Shown here piece after piece: positions 29,625-37,721 of a stretch of DNA of 64,000 bases (position 1 is the stretch's first letter; every line of letters starts with the position of its first letter). Below the pieces are notes generated by a model. The model saw nothing but the letters and a program-made list of their open reading frames with translations, did no database searches and was not told where the DNA came from. Position numbers and translations under genes: made by a program. Source of the stretch: Oligoflexia bacterium (lineage in GTDB: Bacteria > Bdellovibrionota > UBA1018); NCBI GenBank assembly GCA_014376785.1, contig JACMQW010000082.1, positions 3,499 to 67,498 on the forward strand, in the 5' to 3' direction.

Positions 29625-30950
29625 ATGACCGAAGCAAAAAAAATCTGCTCGAGCGAAGGAGCTGCGCTCTCTCCCGAATTTCGAAAACGTCGTTCGAAAA
29701 ATTGGCTGGTTCTCGGCTTCACCTATTCGGCGATGTACATGGGACGCTACAACCTGTCATTCGCGAATATGGCGCTATCTGACACCTTCGGCTGGGATAA
29801 GACCCAAATCGGCGCGATCATCACCGCCGCCCTTTCGATCTACGGTTTTTCCGCTATTTTTAACGGACCGATTGCGGACCGGATCGGGGGCCGTCGTGCG
29901 ATGCTCATCGGCGCGAGTGGAACGGTGGTCTTCAATCTTTTATTTGGTCTCGGCGCCTACTTGGGTTTCCTGGGCACCGGGCCCTACCTTCTCGCGTACT
30001 TCGCGGTGACTTGGTCCTTAAATTCTTACTTCCAATCCTTCAGTGCACTCTCTCTGATTAAAGTAAACGCAGCTTGGTTCCATGTGCGGGAGCGCGGAGT
30101 TTTTTCCGCCATTTTTGGTTCCATGATCCAAGGTGGCCGGGCGTTGATTTATTTCATCGGGCCCCTGCTCGTTGCATTTCTTCCATGGCAATGGGTCTTC
30201 TTCGTACCGTCTGTGATCGTGAGCATCATGGCGTACTTGACCTACCGCTGTGTGGAGAACGCTCCGGAGGACTGTGGGTTTGAAACCTATGATGTTCAAG
30301 ACGCGTCGAGTGGAGACACCGATAAAGTCGATTTGAAATATGTTTTGAAAAAAGTTTTGGGAAATCCAGTAGCCCTCACGATTGCGGCGGCAGAGTTTTG
30401 CACTGGATTTGTTCGGCACGGATTCGAACAATGGTTTCCGCGCTACATGCTCGAGTACCAGAAGCTCGAACTGAGATCGCCGATTTTTCAAAAGGGTGCT
30501 GGCGCAGTCGTACTCGCCGGCATCGCCGGTGCATTTTTCGCGGGAACCCTTTCTGATTATGTTTTCAAGGGACGTCGCCCGCCGATGGCTTTCGTTGGTT
30601 ACTTTCTGATGGTGGGCTCTCTCTTCGTCATCTACAAAGCGCCGTCGATTAATTTCGTTATCCTAGCGTTCGTGGTGAACTCATTTGCGATCTCGATCGT
30701 CCACTCGATGCTCTCTGGGACGTCTTCCATGGACTTCGGCGGAAAGAAAGCAGCGGCGACCGCGGCGGGCATGTTTGATGGAATGCAATACGTCGGCGGC
30801 TCCGCCGTCGGACTCGGAATGGGTTGGATGCTCGAGAAGTACGGCTGGGAGAGCTGGGGACTGAGCATGATTGGATTTGCGGTAATGGGAGCGCTACTAA
30901 TGCTCCTGCTCTGGAATGCGCGCCCGAAGGTGAAAAGCTCGGCCGTTTAA
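29625..30950 (+). CDS. MFS transporter, organophosphate:Pi antiporter (GlpT/UhpC) family
   Basis: YMGRYN, G.IADR.G.RR, WF...ERG, GTLSD, KKAAATAAG; about 12 TM segments. Confidence 0.85.
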   Translation: MTEAKKICSSEGAALSPEFRKRRSKNWLVLGFTYSAMYMGRYNLSFANMALSDTFGWDKTQIGAIITAALSIYGFSAIFNGPIADRIGGRRAMLIGASGTVVFNLLFGLGAYLGFLGTGPYLLAYFAVTWSLNSYFQSFSALSLIKVNAAWFHVRERGVFSAIFGSMIQGGRALIYFIGPLLVAFLPWQWVFFVPSVIVSIMAYLTYRCVENAPEDCGFETYDVQDASSGDTDKVDLKYVLKKVLGNPVALTIAAAEFCTGFVRHGFEQWFPRYMLEYQKLELRSPIFQKGAGAVVLAGIAGAFFAGTLSDYVFKGRRPPMAFVGYFLMVGSLFVIYKAPSINFVILAFVVNSFAISIVHSMLSGTSSMDFGGKKAAATAAGMFDGMQYVGGSAVGLGMGWMLEKYGWESWGLSMIGFAVMGALLMLLLWNARPKVKSSAV

Positions 30951-31564
30951 ATGTGACCCTCGGACTGGGGTGGAATCTTCCAGCCCCCCTCTTCACGTTT
31001 TCTATTTCTCCATTGGGTTCTTGTGATGGCGTGGCAGCTCAGGTCCATGATTTCGCCGCGGATTTTTACCATCGCATGGTTCACGCCTTCGAACTGCAGT
31101 CCCAGTCGATTCAGGATTTCGGTAGAGGAAGCGTTGTGGGGCATACAGCGGCCTTGGATCCGCTCGAACTGAGGAAAGGATTCAAATGCCCAGTCGATCA
31201 CTAATTTTAATGCTTCGGCCGGATTCGGGCTGACCCAGTGGTCGGAGTGAAAGACAAAGCCAATTTGGGCGCGTATCGGTCCCAGCTCTAAGAAAGTAAC
31301 GGAACCGATGATTTCGGGAGCGCCTTTTTCCTTCACGCCCCACGCGAGAAAAATATTTCCCGCTTCAAATGAAATTTGATTTTTCAAAGTCTGGATGTAG
31401 CTCAGCGATTCTTGGATATCGCGGTGAGCGTTCCAGATTGCCGTGTTTGCGACCTTCTGGTTGCTTGCGTATCGGTAAACCCCACTAGCATCGCTTTCTC
31501 GGAGCTCTTCAAGAACTAAGGTCTTCGTTTCTAAGCGTGGAAAAGAACTCATGCATGACCTCAT
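30947..31564 (-). CDS. RimJ/RimL-type GNAT acetyltransferase
   Basis: PRLETKTLVL, IGFVF...HW, HNASS..IL..LG..FEG. Confidence 0.85.
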   Translation of the reverse strand: MRSCMSSFPRLETKTLVLEELRESDASGVYRYASNQKVANTAIWNAHRDIQESLSYIQTLKNQISFEAGNIFLAWGVKEKGAPEIIGSVTFLELGPIRAQIGFVFHSDHWVSPNPAEALKLVIDWAFESFPQFERIQGRCMPHNASSTEILNRLGLQFEGVNHAMVKIRGEIMDLSCHAITRTQWRNRKREEGGWKIPPQSEGHI

Positions 31565-31604
31565 TTAGGAGGGGAGTGATCCTCTCACACTAGAGGATTT
31601 CGTA

Positions 31605-31648
31605 TAAAGAACGCGTAAGGTTTTACTAAAGAACGCGTAAGGTTTTAC
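31605..31648. repeat. perfect 22-bp tandem duplication
   Basis: TAAAGAACGCGTAAGGTTTTAC at 31605-31626 and 31627-31648. Confidence 0.95.
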
Positions 31649-31654
31649 CCTGAT

Positions 31655-32242
31655 TTAAACGGTAGTGTTTTTCTCTTCTTCGGTGAGCGGCGTACGCACA
31701 TCCACTATTTCTTCTTCCAATGCCTCGATCGTGAAACCCAGATGTTTTTTCATCCAACCCGGGCCTTGGGTGCCGATGTAAGAATAGAGCAGGTACTTCG
31801 GGAATCGTCCGATCCAAACGGCGAAAAAGAGTTCGACGAGGTTCATTCGCGCCAGTCCTGCGATCAAAATCGCGGGTTGCTGGGGGAGGGGACCAATCGC
31901 GATAAAGGCGATTCCCCAAAATCCGTAATGCTCGATCCACCCGGACATGCGAATCCAATTTTTTGTTTCGAAAAAGTGCTCACCCAAAAAGTAGACCGCG
32001 ACTCTTTCACCGAAATGGTGGGCAAAAATCGCGAGTGCGACCGCCCCGAAAGCGCAGCAGGTGCTGATCAGCACTGCATTCCAAAACCAGGTCTTCGGTC
32101 GCATCAGGCTTGCGAGGAGAACTAGGCCATCCGTCGGGATAACAATAATGAAGAGATCGATGAACGTGACGAAGCAGATCAGGGGGATGAACCAGGCGCG
32201 GTCTGCATAGCGCTGAATCCTCCGAATCGTTTTTTTCATCAT
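31655..32242 (-). CDS. DedA/YqaA (VTT-domain) membrane protein
   Basis: FIDLF..VIP.D, GPLPQ, AGL, GRF.KY. Confidence 0.82.
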   Translation of the reverse strand: MMKKTIRRIQRYADRAWFIPLICFVTFIDLFIIVIPTDGLVLLASLMRPKTWFWNAVLISTCCAFGAVALAIFAHHFGERVAVYFLGEHFFETKNWIRMSGWIEHYGFWGIAFIAIGPLPQQPAILIAGLARMNLVELFFAVWIGRFPKYLLYSYIGTQGPGWMKKHLGFTIEALEEEIVDVRTPLTEEEKNTTV

Positions 32243-32280
32243 GGGTTTACACCGATCGATCGAAGTTTACGGGTCGTAAT

Positions 32281-32793
32281 TTAAGCAGCCGTCCCGTGAC
32301 ACTTTTTAAACTTCTTCCCATTTCCGCAGTGGCAAGGATCGTTTCGTCCGAGTTTCGGTTCTGCTCGAACGTAAGGCCCGTTTTGGAGGCCTTGGGCATC
32401 CAAAAATTTCCAATCGCCGTTCTCTTTTTCAAAAGTAGCTTTTTCGTAATGGTTTTGGAGTTCTCCGTCGAAGACATATTTTGCGTGAAAAACGATCGTT
32501 CCCGTAGAATCAGTAGCTTCTCCTGCTTCTTTCTGGAGGATGACGAGGCCTTCCCATTTCGAGTCCTTCGACCAGTTCGTGATCTCTTCTCGGTTTACTT
32601 CCCCACGAGTCTTAGAGTGGTGGGAAGATAGGATGAAGTCGATATTGCCCACGACGAATGCAGAGTAACGGGCGCGTAAAAGATCTTCGGCGGTGACGGG
32701 TTTAGATTTTCCGTTCAGAATCGGTTCGCAGCAATTCGCGTAAGGTTTTCCCGATAGGCAGGGGCAAGTATCTTTCAACGTCAAGTTCGCCAT
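32281..32793 (-). CDS. YchJ family SEC-C protein
   Basis: [41 protein letters not shown]. Confidence 0.92.
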   Translation of the reverse strand: MANLTLKDTCPCLSGKPYANCCEPILNGKSKPVTAEDLLRARYSAFVVGNIDFILSSHHSKTRGEVNREEITNWSKDSKWEGLVILQKEAGEATDSTGTIVFHAKYVFDGELQNHYEKATFEKENGDWKFLDAQGLQNGPYVRAEPKLGRNDPCHCGNGKKFKKCHGTAA

Positions 32794-32846
32794 AAGTTCC
32801 TCTTTTGTCCCTTCAGTCTAACGCGAAATTATGGGACTAAGGAAGC

Positions 32847-33194
32847 ATGAGCATAAAAGGTTTTCGAGATGAGGCCCATTACCGCGAGACCATGGCGGTC
32901 ACTTTAGGTCGGATTGAGAAAGCCTTCTACGATGTCGACCCGGACGTTGCGGAGTGCAATGTGCAGTTCGGAGCGCTCACTATTCTTTTTCCAGACGGCA
33001 GCCGTTGCATCCTCTCCTCGCAGCCGTCCGTAGGCCAGCTTTGGATGGCAATCGCGTCGAAGGGAATCGCCTACCATTTCGATTACGACCCGGCCTTGGC
33101 CGAATGGAGAGATGATAAAGGGGACGGGGTGGAGCCCTTGGCTTTTTTGAAGAAGTTTATGGCCGAAAGCGCTGGCCTGAAAATTCAGTTTTAA
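32847..33194 (+). CDS. cyaY: frataxin-like iron donor
   Basis: GALTILF.DG..ILSSQP...QLWMA....YHFD. Confidence 0.85.
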   Translation: MSIKGFRDEAHYRETMAVTLGRIEKAFYDVDPDVAECNVQFGALTILFPDGSRCILSSQPSVGQLWMAIASKGIAYHFDYDPALAEWRDDKGDGVEPLAFLKKFMAESAGLKIQF

Positions 33195-33266
33195 CCCTAA
33201 ACCTCAGCCTTGTTTACCCGTCCGCTTTCAGGGAAAATAAAATCCGAAACCTTACAGGAGAGTCTT

Positions 33267-33524
33267 ATGTCACCTCAAGTTACTGTTTATACGATGGATC
33301 ACTGTCCCTACTGCGAAAGAGCGAAAAGCCTGCTGAAACAACGAGGTGTGGCCTACTCGGAAGTAAAGCTCCCGATGGACGACGACGCAGCTTGGGCAAA
33401 TCTCGAAAAAAAGACCGGGATGAAAACGATGCCGCAAATTCTGAACGGTGAGAAAGTGATCGGTGGCTACAACGACCTCGCCGCCATTGATCAAAAAGAC
33501 CAACTCGCCAGCTTGAAGGCGTAA
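33267..33524 (+). CDS. grxC: dithiol glutaredoxin
   Basis: CPYC, TMPQI, IGGY; AGGAG RBS before ATG 33267. Confidence 0.9.
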   Translation: MSPQVTVYTMDHCPYCERAKSLLKQRGVAYSEVKLPMDDDAAWANLEKKTGMKTMPQILNGEKVIGGYNDLAAIDQKDQLASLKA

Positions 33525-33617
33525 CGCAAAGCAAAAATTAAAACTTTCTAAAAATGACTTTGCTGGAGGTCGTGACTTAGGTTAGGAAATAACCTTCCAA
33601 GGCAATTTCAAGTAGAC

Positions 33618-33693
33618 GTCTCCATCGTCTAGAGGCCTAGGACACTCCCCTTTCACGGGAGTAACCCGGGTTCGAATCCCGGTGGAGACGCCA
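33618..33693 (+). tRNA. tRNA-Glu(TTC)
   Basis: GTCTCCA/TGGAGAC acceptor stem; CTCCC-CTTTCAC-GGGAG anticodon arm; GGTTCGAATCC T-arm; encoded CCA. Confidence 0.96.
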
Positions 33694-33695
33694 TT

Positions 33696-33732
33696 AAAAA
33701 AGCTCCTGGGCCACACGCTCAGGGGCTTTTTT
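33696..33732 (+). terminator. Rho-independent terminator after tRNA-Glu
   Basis: AAAAAAGCTCCTGGGC-cacac-GCTCAGGGGCTTTTTT. Confidence 0.85.
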
Positions 33733-33811
33733 AATGATCACAATCGCGTGATCGAACGAGTGAATGGATCCGGCGGGTGGATATTTTATTCCATTGAGAT
33801 AAAATCGACGG

Positions 33812-34475
33812 ATGTCGCTCACTCTCTATTTTCATCCGCTGGCTTCGTATTGTTGGAAACCGTTGATTGCACTTTACGAAAACGACACGAACTTCACTCC
33901 CATCATCGTCAATCTCGGAGATGAGACGTCTCGGATCGATTTTCTAAAAATTTGGCCGATGGGCGAGTTCCCGGTCCTTCGTGACGAAGGACGCTCCCGA
34001 ACTATTCCGGGATCATCTGCGATCGTCGAATACCTCCGGGTTTATTCGAAGGGTGGAGTCCCGATGATTCCCGAGGATTCCCGAGGATTTAGATTTGGCA
34101 CTCGAAGTGCGTCGAATGGACGGATTCATGGACAGTTACATCCAAACACCGATGCAAAAGATCGTCGGAGATTGTTTAAGGTCAGACGGAGAGAAAGATC
34201 CCACCGGAGTGACAGAAGCTCGCCAGACTCTGCAAACGGCTTACGACATCTTGGAAAAAAGCGGGGTAGGCAAGACATGGGCGGCGGGTGACCATTTTTC
34301 GATGGCGGATTGCTCTGCCGCTCCCGCTCTGTTCTATGCGAATAAAGTCGCGCCCTTCAACAACACTCATCCAAATTTGGCTCGCTACCTTGAGAGGCTC
34401 ACGCAGCGGCCCTCGTTTGCGCGAGTGCTAGAAGAAGCGAAGCCTTACTTCCACTTCTTCCCTTATAAAAACTAA
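33812..34475 (+). pseudogene. glutathione S-transferase, frameshifted by a 10-bp duplication
   Basis: N-half (LYFHPLASYCWK, FPVL, SSAIVEYL) and C-half (FSMADC, ARYLERL..RPSFARV) are in different frames; removing one GATTCCCGAG copy (34066-34085) joins them as PMIPEDLDLALEVRR. Confidence 0.9.
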
Positions 34476-34605
34476 TGGACTATCGACACCACTTTTTTGA
34501 GAACTGTCGCACCAAGCGATTACTCTGAAGCTGATTCAGCGGCAAAACGACTGAGAAGACGATTGTCGTGTATCCGCAGGTCGTCTCGAAGCCATAACAG
34601 GGATT

Positions 34606-34974
34606 TCACCTTTTCAGTCTCAGCCGAATCGGACCGCGAAACTTGGACGGCTCGATGACTTGCCCCTTTTGTAGGATTTCGATTTTACCTTGATGAACAA
34701 GCCTGCGTGCAGCTTGCCGAACAAGTTCCATTTTTTCTGCATCCTGTTTAAAAGCGGGCGGAAGGACTTCGGACGGACAAATCGTCGCGGAATGGGCGCG
34801 CTGGGCGAGTAGGTTCAAAATTTCAGTTTCATGGCCTTCTCTAAGTGTGTTTTTGTCCCGACGGCATTTTTCGCCGCAGTACCTAACTTCATTCCAGTTC
34901 TTTTCCCATTTCTTTCGCCACGTCATCTCGCGGCCGCATAAGAGGCAGTTTTTGGACTCCGGGATGCTTTTCAT
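34606..34974 (-). CDS. DUF2256 + DUF3253 fusion protein
   Basis: C..CGR.MTWRKKW..NW..VRYC...CR followed by TICPSEV..VRQAARRL...G.I...QKG...RGPIR. Confidence 0.85.
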   Translation of the reverse strand: MKSIPESKNCLLCGREMTWRKKWEKNWNEVRYCGEKCRRDKNTLREGHETEILNLLAQRAHSATICPSEVLPPAFKQDAEKMELVRQAARRLVHQGKIEILQKGQVIEPSKFRGPIRLRLKR

Positions 34975-35051
34975 CGTATTTCAGTAAGCCCGAAATTCGC
35001 GTCGTTTAATAGGTGAACAAATCGAGAATCGTTTGTCAGTACTCTGTCTAT

Positions 35052-35951
35052 TCATGGTCGAAGCAGCGTCTCACGAAGCACGCTGTGCTTACCGATGAGA
35101 TAATTTCTCTTTTCTGGATTTCGACCCAAACTACGCAGCCGGTACCAGGGCACATTCGGGTAAAGGTGATGAGTCAGGTGGCGATCTGAGTTGTACGGGT
35201 AGATGAAAAATCGCGTGATTTTGCCAGTTTCAAGATCGGAGGTGAATTCATCGATTTTCCCCGAACGTGCGCGGTGTTCTCCATAGCCCTGCAGTTTCAG
35301 AAAGAAGAAAAGGAAGGTCACCTGCGGTAAAATCCAATACCAAAGGAAGATGCGACCTCCATGGGGCATCGTGAGTAAGATTCCTACCCCTATGGCGACT
35401 ACTGCGATGGAGGTCCATTCGCCTTTCGAAATCTGGGGCAACCGTCTCTCCTGGATCTCGCGCGCCAAATAGAGTTGGTAAGAAAAGAAAAACTGGAAAA
35501 AGTGGTAACCGCACAAATCCAAGAAAATAATTTTCAGTAATTTTTCGAGGGGGAGAGGTTCAAATCGATATCCTTGGTCTTCGTAAAAGGAGACCTCAGG
35601 ATCGAGTTTTGGGTCCTTTAAGTGCCGATGGTGCTGAAAATGGAAATAACGGTACTGGGACACGAGCCCGAAAAAAGGCACTCCGCAGAAGATGTTGGTT
35701 GCGATGTCGTTCAAACGTTTTTTCGGAACGAGTTGGTAGTGAGCTCCTTCGTGAAAGAGAATTTGGAGGTGATTCTGTAGGGCCGCTACAAAAGGTAAAC
35801 AAGCGAAACGAAAGGTCCATGAATCCGAAGTCTCTCCCACGAGTGCAAGCGTGAGCATTCCGAAATAGGGACTAATCAACGCCGCAAGCGAGACCCACAC
35901 GTTCTGATTTCGTCTCAGAAGCTGAGGATGGAGGGGTTGCATGAGAATCAT
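35052..35951 (-). CDS. membrane fatty-acid desaturase/hydroxylase family protein
   Basis: His boxes HEGAH, HFQHH, HLTHH plus GEH; TM segments; P.VPWYRL. Confidence 0.88.
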   Translation of the reverse strand: MILMQPLHPQLLRRNQNVWVSLAALISPYFGMLTLALVGETSDSWTFRFACLPFVAALQNHLQILFHEGAHYQLVPKKRLNDIATNIFCGVPFFGLVSQYRYFHFQHHRHLKDPKLDPEVSFYEDQGYRFEPLPLEKLLKIIFLDLCGYHFFQFFFSYQLYLAREIQERRLPQISKGEWTSIAVVAIGVGILLTMPHGGRIFLWYWILPQVTFLFFFLKLQGYGEHRARSGKIDEFTSDLETGKITRFFIYPYNSDRHLTHHLYPNVPWYRLRSLGRNPEKRNYLIGKHSVLRETLLRP

Positions 35952-36579
35952 CCTTCTTTTTAAAGTCGTAAAAAAATCGATCGTCGTTCGAACTCATCCA
36001 GTCGCCTGTTTCAGCATGAAACTTCTGACGATTGATTCTGTAATCGGGCCGCCCCTCGATCTGCTTCGTCACGAAGGCCACTTCTTCCCAGATGATTTTG
36101 TTATTCGGATAGGCGCCGTAGCAGCCATTTGCTAACTTCACGAAGTGCTGGCATTTGTGATCTTCCGGAGATTCGACGAAGGTCGTGTTCAAATATCCGG
36201 GATCGGGATGGCAGAAGTCGACGGTGAATAGGTATTCGCATTTCTCCCAGTGCCCATCCCGCATGAAGACGCGACCGTTCAACTCTTTTAAGAAATCGTA
36301 TTCAATCACGGCAATGTGATAGCCGAGCTGGTCCCAGGTTTGGAGGTTTTCGAGTGGGACCTCTTCTGCGTCCTTCCTCCAAACAAAGGCGGAAAGCGGC
36401 AGTCGATAGAAGACGGCTCCCGTTGAAAGAAAGGCGTGCAGTCCAAGCGCTCGGCCTTTGATGCTTGAAATCGCGAAAAGATGGCATTCCTCGATCTCGC
36501 CGTGGTGGGCTTCGAGGTTGTAGAGGTATTCCCTCTTTAGGAAGCATTTGAGGGGCCGAATATTGTGATTGAGCAGCAT
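35872..36579 (-). CDS. hypothetical protein resembling a conserved uncharacterised phage protein
   Basis: LN.NI.P..C...REYLY....HHGE, GAVFYRLP.SAF, YLFTVD..HP, HKC.H, PNN.I.W, DRFFY; GGAG RBS. Similarity is recalled, not searched. Confidence 0.75.
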   Translation of the reverse strand: MLLNHNIRPLKCFLKREYLYNLEAHHGEIEECHLFAISSIKGRALGLHAFLSTGAVFYRLPLSAFVWRKDAEEVPLENLQTWDQLGYHIAVIEYDFLKELNGRVFMRDGHWEKCEYLFTVDFCHPDPGYLNTTFVESPEDHKCQHFVKLANGCYGAYPNNKIIWEEVAFVTKQIEGRPDYRINRQKFHAETGDWMSSNDDRFFYDFKKKDDSHATPPSSASETKSERVGLACGVD

Positions 36580-36631
36580 TTACTTCTTCTCCGTGCCGCG
36601 AACTTAGACCTCCCATCTCGACTTCGATAAT

Positions 36632-36651
36632 TCATAGATTTCATGTTATGA
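36632..36651. promoter_or_regulatory. possible LysR operator in the divergent promoter region
   Basis: TCATA-N10-TATGA inverted repeat; spacing is not the exact T-N11-A consensus. Confidence 0.35.
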
Positions 36652-36660
36652 GCATTTTTA

Positions 36661-37524
36661 ATGAGTTTACTAGGACCCGGCTTGGAAGCATTTATAGCAA
36701 TCGCAAAGTTGAAGACCGTTCATGCCGCCGCTAAAGAGCTGAGAATCTCTCAAACGGGCGTGACCCAGCGAATTCGTTCACTCGAGAAGCAATTGCAGGC
36801 GACCTTATTCACGCGGTCCAGACGAGGAATGCTCCTCAGTACCGAGGGGGACGCGCTCTACCGATACTGCCTCTCCGCACGCGAACTTGAAGGAGCCGCG
36901 CTCGCCCAAATACAAGGTGCGGGGAAACAAGCCATTGTAGAAGTTTGCATCACGGGGCCAACTTCGGCTCTCCGGACGAGGGTCTTGCCGGTGTGTGCTC
37001 GGGTGTCTCAGGCAAATCCGAAGACCCTCTTTCGATTCAAATTCTCAGATAGTGAATTCTGGATAGAAGACCTTCGCACAGGGGTCGCCCAGATTGCGCT
37101 GGTGCCACCTGAATTTGTTGGGAAGGAATTGCAAAGCAAGCTCTTAAAGCCCGAAGAGTATGTGATGGTCGGTCCGAAGAGCTGGAAGAAAAGGTCCTTC
37201 ACGGAAGTGGTGCAATCGGAAAGAATCATCGATTTCGAACCGTCGGATCGAACTTCATTTCGTTACCTGGAGCACTTTGGCTTGCTTGAACAGGCTAGAC
37301 CGGAGCGGCATTTCGCAAACAATACGGAAGCCGTTGCCAGCCTGATCGAATCGGGGATGGGTTATGGAGTTTTAACCCACGAGTTTGCTCAGAGATTTCT
37401 CGAGCGCTGCGAAATCGTTCTCTTGAACCAAGGGCGAGTGTACGCTCAACCCCTCGCACTTGCATGGTACCCGAGGCCCGAGACGAAAGGGTATTGGACC
37501 GAGATCATCCGATCGATTCGATAA
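36661..37524 (+). CDS. LysR-family transcriptional regulator
   Basis: N-terminal HTH (AAAKELRISQTGVTQRIRSLE...LF.R); 287 aa. Confidence 0.92.
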   Translation: MSLLGPGLEAFIAIAKLKTVHAAAKELRISQTGVTQRIRSLEKQLQATLFTRSRRGMLLSTEGDALYRYCLSARELEGAALAQIQGAGKQAIVEVCITGPTSALRTRVLPVCARVSQANPKTLFRFKFSDSEFWIEDLRTGVAQIALVPPEFVGKELQSKLLKPEEYVMVGPKSWKKRSFTEVVQSERIIDFEPSDRTSFRYLEHFGLLEQARPERHFANNTEAVASLIESGMGYGVLTHEFAQRFLERCEIVLLNQGRVYAQPLALAWYPRPETKGYWTEIIRSIR

Positions 37525-37721
37525 ATCAGAGTTTAGCTATTTTCAGTGAGCAAAGTGTTCGCTCACATCTCCCCATCCCATGCCGACAGAGTTAACAAAT
37601 ATTTATTCCTATATAGATATAACTGGATCGACAATTTTTTGCCCCCGCGTAAGCCTGGAGGTGTAAATGGAAACGATTTACGGTTCCGCTGCAATACTGC
37701 GGGTTTTATTACGGGGAAAAA

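Noticed and set aside
31605-31648. Tandem repeat as a mini-CRISPR
   Set aside because: Two directly abutting copies with no spacer and no cas genes
34476-34605. Possible gene remnant (TIDTTFLR...) after the GST
   Set aside because: Resemblance covers only a few residues and no frame gives a convincing protein
33694-36600. Prophage at tRNA-Glu
   Set aside because: Only one phage-like gene; no integrase, att duplication or structural genes seen
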